The notes under the pieces are model-generated. The model did no database searches, was not told the DNA's origin, and was given only the letters and a program-made list of their open reading frames with translations. Source: Bacteroidales bacterium (GTDB lineage Bacteria > Bacteroidota > Bacteroidia > Bacteroidales > P3). From it: a stretch of DNA of 64,000 nt. The position numbers and the translations under genes were made by a program. Below, piece by piece: positions 47,566 through 55,713 of this stretch (positions are counted from its first letter, which is position 1; every line of letters starts with the position of its first letter). Where the stretch lies: contig JAFWQP010000044.1 in NCBI GenBank assembly GCA_017509045.1, positions 1,499-65,498 on the forward strand. Reading direction: 5' to 3'.

Positions 47566-47993
47566 GAGTAAAGTTGTTTGAGTTTTTTTGTATAGGTATA
47601 ACTCTCCAAAAGATGACGAGAACTCCAAAAAATATGCCCAATAAAGTTAATGTTAAGGAAATACATAACCATCTAATGTACAATAGTCCAACATCTGACT
47701 TCTCAAGTTCTTTAGGATAATACAAACAGAAGAGCACTTCTACATATTCTTTGTGGTTTTTCTTTTCCTTCCCAAATTCTTTTTTCGCAATATTGTTTGC
47801 GTATCTTCTTGCATCATATGCGGCTAACGTTCTTTCGAATTCGAATTTTCTTTATAATTTCTAACAGCCTAATGTCAAGCTCCGTTAATTCCTGTATATT
47901 AGGTTTTACAGATAGTTCTACTCCGTACTTATGACAAAATACCGCATCATGATCATGTTCTGTTATATTGCAATTAGGGTTCGGACATTTCAT
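47543..47993 (-). pseudogene. Frame-disrupted zinc-ribbon/TM gene (island gene 15)
   Basis: A 59-aa ORF at 47993-47814 (MKCPNPNCNITEHDHDAVFCHKYG...) stops at a TGA. A second frame is open from 47851 to 47543 and encodes ...KEYVEVLFCLYYPKEL... plus TM segment LCISLTLTLLGIFFGVLVIFW. The two frames overlap at a tcgaat tcgaat repeat. Confidence 0.45.
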
Positions 47994-48100
47994 TTTTATA
48001 GCTTTAAATAATCAAGCAGTAATGCATACTTTAAATAATTAGTCTATCAATATAAGATCTAGTCATTTCTTAGAAAACAACTAATTTTATTACATAAATT

Positions 48101-48311
48101 CACTAGTGTCTCTTAATTAAATTTGCAATTTCCATATTGCCTCTTATCCTCATGAGAATTGGATAAATGAAGGAATGGAGATGATTTCAAAACCTACGAT
48201 AGATTCTCACGGACGAATGTTATTTCAAGCCTCGGATACATGTTTTGATGCTTAAGTTGCTATAAATTATGTTACTATATATACATTAACAAAATTTCAG
48301 AGACACTAGTG
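48101..48311. repeat. 13-bp perfect inverted repeats bracketing a 185-bp AT-rich segment
   Basis: cactagtgtctct (48101-48113) against agagacactagtg (48299-48311). Both are adjoined by acataaatt(c). Confidence 0.75.
48118..48125 (+). promoter_or_regulatory. -7 box (TAAATTTG) inside the IR-bracketed segment, currently pointing away from the downstream island genes
   Basis: Exact TAnnTTTG on the plus strand, 5 nt inside the left IR. Confidence 0.35.
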
Positions 48312-48397
48312 ACATAAATTCTTTTTTTATATTTAATAATAGTAATCAAGATTTCTGAATATATGTTGAACGCTTAATTTCTATTAATAGAAAGTTT

Positions 48398-48745
48398 TTA
48401 TGTATTTCTTTTACGGCCACATCTATGGCAGTATTTAGAGTATGTCTGATAATAATGAGTGTGACACTGAGGACATTCTTGGTCTGCATCTATTAATACT
48501 TCCTTTTTATTATGTTCTTTGGTGTTTGAAATAGACGTAGGTGGCATAATAACATTATTCGAATTAGTGGATATTTTTTTTTCATTAGACGAAGAGCTGT
48601 CAATATCCTTTATCTCGGCACAATACATTTCAATAGACTGGCATCCATCATCCTTTGTGAGACAATTAAGACAATCATTAGGTTGGGAAATACTGGTACT
48701 AACTGAAGCTAGTTCTGTCATTTGGTTATTATCTATCTCTTCCAT
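48398..48745 (-). CDS. Small protein with a C-terminal zinc ribbon (island gene 14)
   Basis: 115 aa ending ...ECPQCHTHYYQTYSKYCHRCGRKRNT. Confidence 0.6.
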   Translation of the reverse strand: MEEIDNNQMTELASVSTSISQPNDCLNCLTKDDGCQSIEMYCAEIKDIDSSSSNEKKISTNSNNVIMPPTSISNTKEHNKKEVLIDADQECPQCHTHYYQTYSKYCHRCGRKRNT

Positions 48746-48813
48746 TTTATTATTATATTAGTATGAGTCAACATTTTCTCTAATGGCGAAATGACAGGTT
48801 TTTGTTTGTAGTG

Positions 48814-50379
48814 TTATTGCACATTTTTTAGCCTTTCACGAATAGTTAGACATTCGTCATCTTGGAGAGGTTTGATTTGATATGTGCGAGAGGGAGACCC
48901 ATCGCTATTAACGGTCAGTGACATCAAACCACTCTTGTCTCGACTGATTGAAAAATTCACTTGTGTTTCTTTTGTTGTGGCATTTGGATTGGAAAATGTG
49001 TATTGTTCATAGAAAATGCGGCGATCGATGTTTCGTTCCTGGTCTTCTATTGGAAATGGGAAATCCTCTTCATCACGTTCATTTTCCCATATATCTACAG
49101 ATACTGCAGGCTGTCCGTTCTCATGGGGATTAAAAACATAATCTTTACTGTATTCCATATTTTCTGAATACCGGATAAGGTTCTTAATGTAAAAATTGAC
49201 TTTGTCATGATATAAAGTACCATATGAGTGAGAGGATAATTCATAAATGGAAGCCTTATTACTTTCTAATAGATATGCATATATTGCTGCACCTTCTGCG
49301 ATGGCTTGTCCAGGATTACCTTGAGGAAACCATTGATAGGGATCGCCTGTTCCTATTCGTCCACCATAATTGCGCATAAGAGTGTTGCGTATCATTGGCA
49401 TATATGATGATCCTCCGACTGTTACAAATCTCATCTGACGAAGTTCTGTTTCAGACAGTCCACTACGACGAATAGCCTCATCAACAACTAGAAGACATTG
49501 TTGGGTAAGTTGCATGGTGAGATTCTCGAAATTACTTCTCGTAATAGTAAACTCTTTGTCACATCTTGGCAAAATATCCGTACAAGATTCATCATCAGTA
49601 AGATTTTTCTTCACCACTTCGGCCCTGTTCATTATTGCCGCACGAAGACAACGTTGGTCTCCTGTTGGGTTATCGAAATCAACATTTATGTCAGACTGGT
49701 TTGCTATCTCTTCTGCAAGAAGTCTGTCCCAATCTTGCCCACCAAGATAATGCCCCAAAACGCCATAATCGCTTGATGAAGCAAGAACCCGATATTTGCC
49801 AGCCTCATAATGATGAACAATACTTACATCAAGAGTCCCTCCTCCTAGGTCGAAAACGAGAATTCGTTCGCCCGCGTTAATATTAAATGAAAGAGCGGCA
49901 GCAGTCGGTTCGTGAATAAGGCCCAATACTTCTATACCTGCCAATTCGGCTGCTTGTTTGGTTGCTGCCCGTTGCCATCCAGTAAAGCCTGTTGGGATAG
50001 AGATAACTGCACGCGGACGTGCTGTAACACCATTGGCTTTATTCTGTTCGAGTACTGGAGAGATTAGTTTACGCAATATGCACGCAGATCCTTCGATGGG
50101 CGACACCTTGCGTGTACCATCATTTGACGGTATTGTTTGTTCACAGTACTGATGACCCATCTGACGCTTAAAAAGAGACAATACTTGATCTGCAGCAATA
50201 TTGGATTCAGCTTGCCGTTTAGCGGTAGCCCCCACAAGTATTTTCCCGTCCGGTTTGAACTGAACGACTGATGGTAGAAAGTTGTGTCCGTTTTCAGTTG
50301 GGATAACTGATGGACGGTTGTATCCTTCAAATTGAGCAATGCAGGAATATGTAGTTCCTAAATCTATTCCGTAAACCAT
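48814..50379 (-). CDS. Hsp70 (DnaK-like) family ATPase with a short divergent C-terminal domain (island gene 13)
   Basis: GIDLGTTYSCIA, VFDLGGGTLDVSIV and VTVGGSSYMPMI are the three Hsp70/actin-fold signature segments. 521 aa against about 640 for DnaK. Confidence 0.9.
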   Translation of the reverse strand: MVYGIDLGTTYSCIAQFEGYNRPSVIPTENGHNFLPSVVQFKPDGKILVGATAKRQAESNIAADQVLSLFKRQMGHQYCEQTIPSNDGTRKVSPIEGSACILRKLISPVLEQNKANGVTARPRAVISIPTGFTGWQRAATKQAAELAGIEVLGLIHEPTAAALSFNINAGERILVFDLGGGTLDVSIVHHYEAGKYRVLASSSDYGVLGHYLGGQDWDRLLAEEIANQSDINVDFDNPTGDQRCLRAAIMNRAEVVKKNLTDDESCTDILPRCDKEFTITRSNFENLTMQLTQQCLLVVDEAIRRSGLSETELRQMRFVTVGGSSYMPMIRNTLMRNYGGRIGTGDPYQWFPQGNPGQAIAEGAAIYAYLLESNKASIYELSSHSYGTLYHDKVNFYIKNLIRYSENMEYSKDYVFNPHENGQPAVSVDIWENERDEEDFPFPIEDQERNIDRRIFYEQYTFSNPNATTKETQVNFSISRDKSGLMSLTVNSDGSPSRTYQIKPLQDDECLTIRERLKNVQ

Positions 50380-50405
50380 AATTATTTATTATTTTTTTGA
50401 ATTAC

Positions 50406-51383
50406 TCACTCACAAAGTATTACTTTCTCAGGACTTAACATGCTTTCAGGAAGCCCAGAAGATGCACGCCAAACCAAACGAGGCAAAACGGTATATGCCA
50501 CAGTATTTGATTCTTGTCCCAGTATAGAAATGGGGACATGCTCATCATCCACCTCCATAGTTGATGCATCAAAAGCAGTTCCAAGCTTGGAAATAATCGC
50601 TGTCAAACCGATAGAATCAAGATTTCTTCTAAGAAAGCTGAGGATTAACTCCAATTCATTCCCGTCATATTCTGGGTTATTCTCTTTTTTGTATAACAAA
50701 CGTTTGGCCGTACGTTCATATAGTTTTACAGGCATTTCGACGAGTTTATACATTAGTCTCTGATAAACAGACTCCGCGCATAATTCATTACTATTGGAGG
50801 AACTGGATGTTTGTGCAGTTATTGTTCTCGACAATTGGTCAATATTAAAACTAATGTTGTTCAGTGTATTACTTAACTCAGTTGATAACTCATCTGTTTT
50901 TCTTGCTGTATTAACGGTCATTTCAGGTTGTTTTTTTTGCTGTAACTGATTTATATTATTCCTGATGCTGTCAGCCAATTGCGAAAAACCTGTTGCCAAT
51001 TTTTCTTGCAGTTCTTTAATAGTTTGGATTGTGTTTGTGACAACATCCAAAGATTGACCATTCGGTAATGAACAAACCAAATCATTCAATTTAGACAACT
51101 CAGTAAAGAAGCTATCTTGTTGTACTTTTATCTCCATGATACTATTCATCGAATTGAGTATTGACTTGACACCCTGGCAGACTTCATTTTCTGAAGCAAT
51201 CAATGCATCAATTTTGTTTGTCTCTACCTCAGCACTATTATTCTCCGATTGCACCTCTGGAACGGTTTGTTTCTGTATTAGCCAAGCTATCTGTTCAAGG
51301 CTTAGGGGTACATTGTAGTATTTTACGCCATCTTTTGTCGTAATCGAAACAATATAGTCTATAGTATTCATATCCGAAATCAT
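50406..51383 (-). CDS. Coiled-coil protein with a GrpE-like C-terminal domain, putative dedicated nucleotide-exchange factor (island gene 12)
   Basis: Long predicted coiled coil, then ...LDSIGLTAIISKLGTAFDASTMEVDD...NTVAYTVLPRLVWRAS...LSPEKVIL. This parallels GrpE ...FGVEVI...G.PFDP..H.A......V......GY......R.A.V.V as I recall it. The gene directly precedes the Hsp70 gene. Confidence 0.5.
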   Translation of the reverse strand: MISDMNTIDYIVSITTKDGVKYYNVPLSLEQIAWLIQKQTVPEVQSENNSAEVETNKIDALIASENEVCQGVKSILNSMNSIMEIKVQQDSFFTELSKLNDLVCSLPNGQSLDVVTNTIQTIKELQEKLATGFSQLADSIRNNINQLQQKKQPEMTVNTARKTDELSTELSNTLNNISFNIDQLSRTITAQTSSSSNSNELCAESVYQRLMYKLVEMPVKLYERTAKRLLYKKENNPEYDGNELELILSFLRRNLDSIGLTAIISKLGTAFDASTMEVDDEHVPISILGQESNTVAYTVLPRLVWRASSGLPESMLSPEKVILCE

Positions 51384-52204
51384 TTTTTCTTTATTATTAT
51401 TGTAACTTGACCGATGATAATTCTGTCATCGTGTTGTAGCGATATCTCGTGGGGCTTATGACCCATGTAATTATGGTTCCAATCCCCCTCTTGCAATGTT
51501 GCTTTGAGAGTGAACGTATTTGTCGTGGGATTTTGGACTGCCTTGATAATGAAATGATTCTTTTTTACTTCAGGATCTCCTGTTTGTAACTTGCAACGCT
51601 GAGATCCTTGCGGAATATCGATAGTTCCTTTCCCAACATAGGTATCACCATAATATATTGGATGAATATCGTTAAGGCTGTTGGCTTCAGTTCCTCCAAC
51701 GTATACAACCATATAGGCTAAAGGGGTTTTGTTGTCATTAGTGTTCGGAAATGATGGCGTTTGGCTGCTCCCTTCTTGAGTTGCCTTCATCTCTTCTATC
51801 AGTTTCTCTAATTGTGTTTTTTCATTACTCAATCTTTCTCGTTCTACAGAAACTGAATCTAATTGCTGCTGTTTTTCAATGATTTGATTGCGTAAACCGA
51901 CGTTCTCCTCCGCAATTGCATTCTGTCTCTCTATTTGGGTCTTGAAATTGGATATTTGTTGTTCTAGTTTCGTGATTTTCTCCTGAGCTTTACAATTGTT
52001 TTCCGTTAGGGTGTCGATTTGCTCTTTTGAGTTATTGATTAGTTCCCAATTCCTTTTGGCAATTTTAATTCTTTGTGCATCTATCTGCTGGATGACAGGA
52101 TTAGGTGTAGACACCAACATCTGTCTGTTTTCAAATCCACATGTAGGACAGATGGAAGAACTGTGTGTTTGTCCACATACAGGACAAGTAATGTGTTGAT
52201 CCAT
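51380..52204 (-). CDS. Zinc-ribbon, coiled-coil, FHA-like domain protein (island gene 11)
   Basis: N-terminal CPVCGQTHSSSICPTCG, ~110-aa heptad-rich middle, and a C-terminal beta domain ...YYGDTYVGKG...KKNHFIIKAV...ISLQHDDRIIIGQVTIIIK with an FHA-like pattern (divergent). Confidence 0.55.
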   Translation of the reverse strand: MDQHITCPVCGQTHSSSICPTCGFENRQMLVSTPNPVIQQIDAQRIKIAKRNWELINNSKEQIDTLTENNCKAQEKITKLEQQISNFKTQIERQNAIAEENVGLRNQIIEKQQQLDSVSVERERLSNEKTQLEKLIEEMKATQEGSSQTPSFPNTNDNKTPLAYMVVYVGGTEANSLNDIHPIYYGDTYVGKGTIDIPQGSQRCKLQTGDPEVKKNHFIIKAVQNPTTNTFTLKATLQEGDWNHNYMGHKPHEISLQHDDRIIIGQVTIIIKKK

Positions 52205-52206
52205 AA

Positions 52207-52842
52207 TTATATTTTTATTGGTAATCTATTAAGTCTTTGTGCATTATGTTGTCTATCTAATGGTGAATTTCGCAAGTAGTATATTGTTTCTTTATCGGAA
52301 GCAATGACGAGAATGATTTTGTTCTCTGAAAGTAATTGATGAATTTTATCGATGATGCCAAGTGGATTACAATCATCCTCCTGATTGCCTTTTTCTTCTA
52401 TTTGGAATAATTTACACAAGAAAGTTTTCTCCACTCTATAAAGCAAGAGGATACCATTGCGGTAGTGTTCTGGGGGTGGGATTAGGGAAGAGTCTCCATC
52501 AACCACAACAATATGGCCAAGAAAATCCCAATTCTTTTTCTTGATTCTTGTCGACAATTGGCGTAACAAAACAATAATGGACTCTTTATCAACCAAGTTG
52601 GTATAAAATAGCCTCTTTTCCATACTATTATGTCTTAAATATTGCCAAGTAACAATAATTAAAAACAAAATGACAACCCCAATAATGTATAACGACATGG
52701 TACTATTGGATGTATTATTTGAGACTATTGATTCTATGCTGTCTTGATTCACTTTAGATGAGACATCCAGTATCACGCAGGATGAGTCTCCGTTCAAAGC
52801 ATTTAATGAATCATATAATAATCTATTGGATGTATCATTCAT
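52207..52842 (-). CDS. Single-pass membrane protein of unknown function (island gene 10)
   Basis: TM segment LYIIGVVILFLIIVTWQYL at about aa 50-70, then a ~140-aa alpha/beta-looking domain. Confidence 0.5.
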   Translation of the reverse strand: MNDTSNRLLYDSLNALNGDSSCVILDVSSKVNQDSIESIVSNNTSNSTMSLYIIGVVILFLIIVTWQYLRHNSMEKRLFYTNLVDKESIIVLLRQLSTRIKKKNWDFLGHIVVVDGDSSLIPPPEHYRNGILLLYRVEKTFLCKLFQIEEKGNQEDDCNPLGIIDKIHQLLSENKIILVIASDKETIYYLRNSPLDRQHNAQRLNRLPIKI

Positions 52843-52862
52843 GATGATGAAAGTTGATTTTT

Positions 52863-55697
52863 TTATTGATTATTTTCCATCAAAGAAATCCCGTCTCGCA
52901 ATTCACTCACGGTGATTTGTTTAGAGGAATAACAGGCGTTTTGGACGCAAAAGGTACGGTGTGCGCTTATGATTTTGTCGACCAGATTGCGCACCCATCT
53001 GGCATTGTCTTTATTTGATATCACATAACCCATTAGTTCCTCTTTTGCATCATCGGTTAAAGTGTAACCTCTATTATCTAACATTGACGTGGCTATCTTA
53101 TACAATTCCTCCTTCGAATAGTCTCCTATGGTTATCCTATTTGGAAATCTACCAGACATTCCTGTGTTTACTTCATTCAAAAGTCGATCAATATTGTCTT
53201 TATAGCCAGCCATAATAACAACGATGTCATTACGATCATTCTCTAGGTATGAAACAAGCGTATTGACAGCCTCTATTCCACAGGAATCTTCCTTACCACG
53301 ATACAGAGAGTACGCTTCGTCAATGAATAGTACTCCTCCTTTTGCTGCCTGTATGCGTTGCGCCACATTGGGTGCCGTTTGCCCCTGGAAGCCAACAACT
53401 AGTTGTTCCCGCCTAACCTCAACAATATTTCGGCGAGGAAGAAGCCCCAATTCATAGTATATGTCTGCCAGCAGACGAGCAACAGTGGTCTTACCAGTTC
53501 CAGGATTTCCATACAAGATAAGGTGTTGTACTCCAAGGTCAGATGCTTTCCCTATGCGATGTCTGTATTCGGCATCATTTTTTAGCTGTTGCACATATTT
53601 CTTAACTTCCTGCATTCCAACAAGGTCTTCAAGCTGCTCAATTGCCGACCTAGTATCCTTTTGTCTAGCAGTTGTCAGTCCTGGGATAAAGCCATGTAGT
53701 TCCTCAATATCGGGTAGATTTCGAAAATCATCGAGAATAAGTCTATAGGGGTCTACCTCTGGGTTTTGAACACTGCGTATGGCAACTTTTGTTTCAACTG
53801 CACTCAATAAATTGCGAACCCACCTACCGTTACCAAAATTGTATGTTTCCTTTCGTTGTATACGTTGTTCATGATGATTATTGTCATTGATACGTTGGGC
53901 ATTAATGGATCTTACTTCGTCAGTACGTCTATCTTTGTATTCAATGACATAGCCCATCATATCGGAAAGCATTTGGTTAATCTCATCATTAATAACAAAA
54001 GAACGTTTTTGTGCCATCGAAACAAAGATTTGTTTCAATTCATCAGCCGAATAGTCGTCAAATAGGATGGTATGTTTAATACGACTTTTTAGACCAGGAT
54101 TGATGCTATAGAGAGATTTCATATTCTCTTCATAACCAGCAAAAATAACCACTAAGTCTTTTCGGTCGTTTTCCATCCTCGCCAAAAGAGTGTTGACGGC
54201 TTCGGCACCAAATTCGCGCGATCCACCCTCGGTAAGTCGATAAGCTTCATCAACGAAAAGCACGCCACCCATGGCGGAATCAATCACTTCGGATGTTTTT
54301 ATTGCTGTTTGGCCAACATATCCTGCAACAAGGTTTTCTGCACTTACCTCAATTAGTTGACCTTTGCTAACAACACCCAATTCTTTTAGTATTGCGGCAA
54401 CTATTCGTGCCACTGTAGTCTTACCTGTACCTGGATTACCTAAAAAAAGCATATGATTGCCATAATCGCCAACAGCATCTCTATTATTCCTCCTGTTGAG
54501 TTTTATTTGTGCCTTTATTCCGTCGATAGTTTCCTTTACTGACTGAAGACCTATTAAGTCATCTAGTTTTTGATTATTTTTCATTCCTAATTTCATTTTT
54601 CTTGTTTCCAATGAACTATAGTTTTCGAAACTGAGTGGATTATTTGAGGAGAGTGCTTGGTATGTTATATTTCTATGTTCTCTTAGCGAATGTTGATTAT
54701 CACCGGCAAGTGTTGCCAACACTGAAAGTTGGCGAGTCAATTCATCCAAAACGGCCCATTCGATATATGTGTTTGGATATTGAAGATGTTCCAGCTCAAT
54801 AATATTCTTAATGTCATTGGCTTGAGGTGCAGGTAAAAAAAAGGAATTATGGGAGAGACGTTTTATCGGTACTCCATCAGTGTCTTTAGGTGTCGAAATA
54901 TCATCAAGCATTGGTATGGTTTCTCTCCAAAGATTACAAAAATTTGTATTGGCAAAGAAAATACTTTGGGGCCTTTCCTTGAATATTTCACTCACAGCAT
55001 TGGTATTACCGCTGTCAACTGGCATTAACACGATGACCCTATTTTCAGCATTTGAGTTATGAGATTGACTTTCACCATATCTGCTTCCCAAAGTGTTAAC
55101 AAGAACATCATATAAATGGCTGCTGGTTGCTACTGAACATTCTCCTTCGTTGTAGTTAGAATCTATCACCAACACACTATTGGAAATACGCGTCAGGGAA
55201 TAGCATAGTTGCATAATGTTAGCATCTCGGTTTCCTCCTCTATGTTCTCTTGATTGTGACGAACTACTGCCTTTTCTCGTATATCTACTAATTTGGTCAT
55301 CATATAATATAACTTTTGATGGGTCCGTAACGACTGAAAGATTATCATTTATTAGGCTATTGTTGTCAGCCTGTTGCCTTGCACGACGAAATGGATTGCG
55401 TGGGTTTTCGCCTTTATTCATAGTTCTAGATTCCAACTCATCTGTATCTGCATTGACTTTTAAAGATTGGTCAGGATAAAGGAAATTGATTAACATCTCT
55501 TTGTCAAAACTGTTAGGGCCACTGACGGTACTATAGAAAATTATATTCTTATATCCCTCATGTTTCAGATATAGAAAAAGAGCCTTATGGATGTCGCCAT
55601 GTAAACGCAATGCAGAATCAATGAAGCAATCCGAGTAATAGAAGATTGCCGAAACCACAGGACGCTGACGTATATTAAGATTATTGAATCGATTCAT
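52863..55697 (-). CDS. Large ATPase with two SpoVK/CbxX/EccA-type AAA+ modules and a ~400-aa N-terminal region of unknown function (island gene 9)
   Basis: Two copies of the Walker A sequence GNPGTGKTTVAR, two Walker B motifs GGVLFVDEAY / GGVLFIDEAY, and NPGLKSRI / NTGMSGRF sensor regions. The ATG at 55697 lies 16 nt after the upstream stop, and the track start at 55781 is a TTG. Confidence 0.9.
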   Translation of the reverse strand: MNRFNNLNIRQRPVVSAIFYYSDCFIDSALRLHGDIHKALFLYLKHEGYKNIIFYSTVSGPNSFDKEMLINFLYPDQSLKVNADTDELESRTMNKGENPRNPFRRARQQADNNSLINDNLSVVTDPSKVILYDDQISRYTRKGSSSSQSREHRGGNRDANIMQLCYSLTRISNSVLVIDSNYNEGECSVATSSHLYDVLVNTLGSRYGESQSHNSNAENRVIVLMPVDSGNTNAVSEIFKERPQSIFFANTNFCNLWRETIPMLDDISTPKDTDGVPIKRLSHNSFFLPAPQANDIKNIIELEHLQYPNTYIEWAVLDELTRQLSVLATLAGDNQHSLREHRNITYQALSSNNPLSFENYSSLETRKMKLGMKNNQKLDDLIGLQSVKETIDGIKAQIKLNRRNNRDAVGDYGNHMLFLGNPGTGKTTVARIVAAILKELGVVSKGQLIEVSAENLVAGYVGQTAIKTSEVIDSAMGGVLFVDEAYRLTEGGSREFGAEAVNTLLARMENDRKDLVVIFAGYEENMKSLYSINPGLKSRIKHTILFDDYSADELKQIFVSMAQKRSFVINDEINQMLSDMMGYVIEYKDRRTDEVRSINAQRINDNNHHEQRIQRKETYNFGNGRWVRNLLSAVETKVAIRSVQNPEVDPYRLILDDFRNLPDIEELHGFIPGLTTARQKDTRSAIEQLEDLVGMQEVKKYVQQLKNDAEYRHRIGKASDLGVQHLILYGNPGTGKTTVARLLADIYYELGLLPRRNIVEVRREQLVVGFQGQTAPNVAQRIQAAKGGVLFIDEAYSLYRGKEDSCGIEAVNTLVSYLENDRNDIVVIMAGYKDNIDRLLNEVNTGMSGRFPNRITIGDYSKEELYKIATSMLDNRGYTLTDDAKEELMGYVISNKDNARWVRNLVDKIISAHRTFCVQNACYSSKQITVSELRDGISLMENNQ

Positions 55698-55713
55698 ATT
55701 CTTAACGTTTTTT

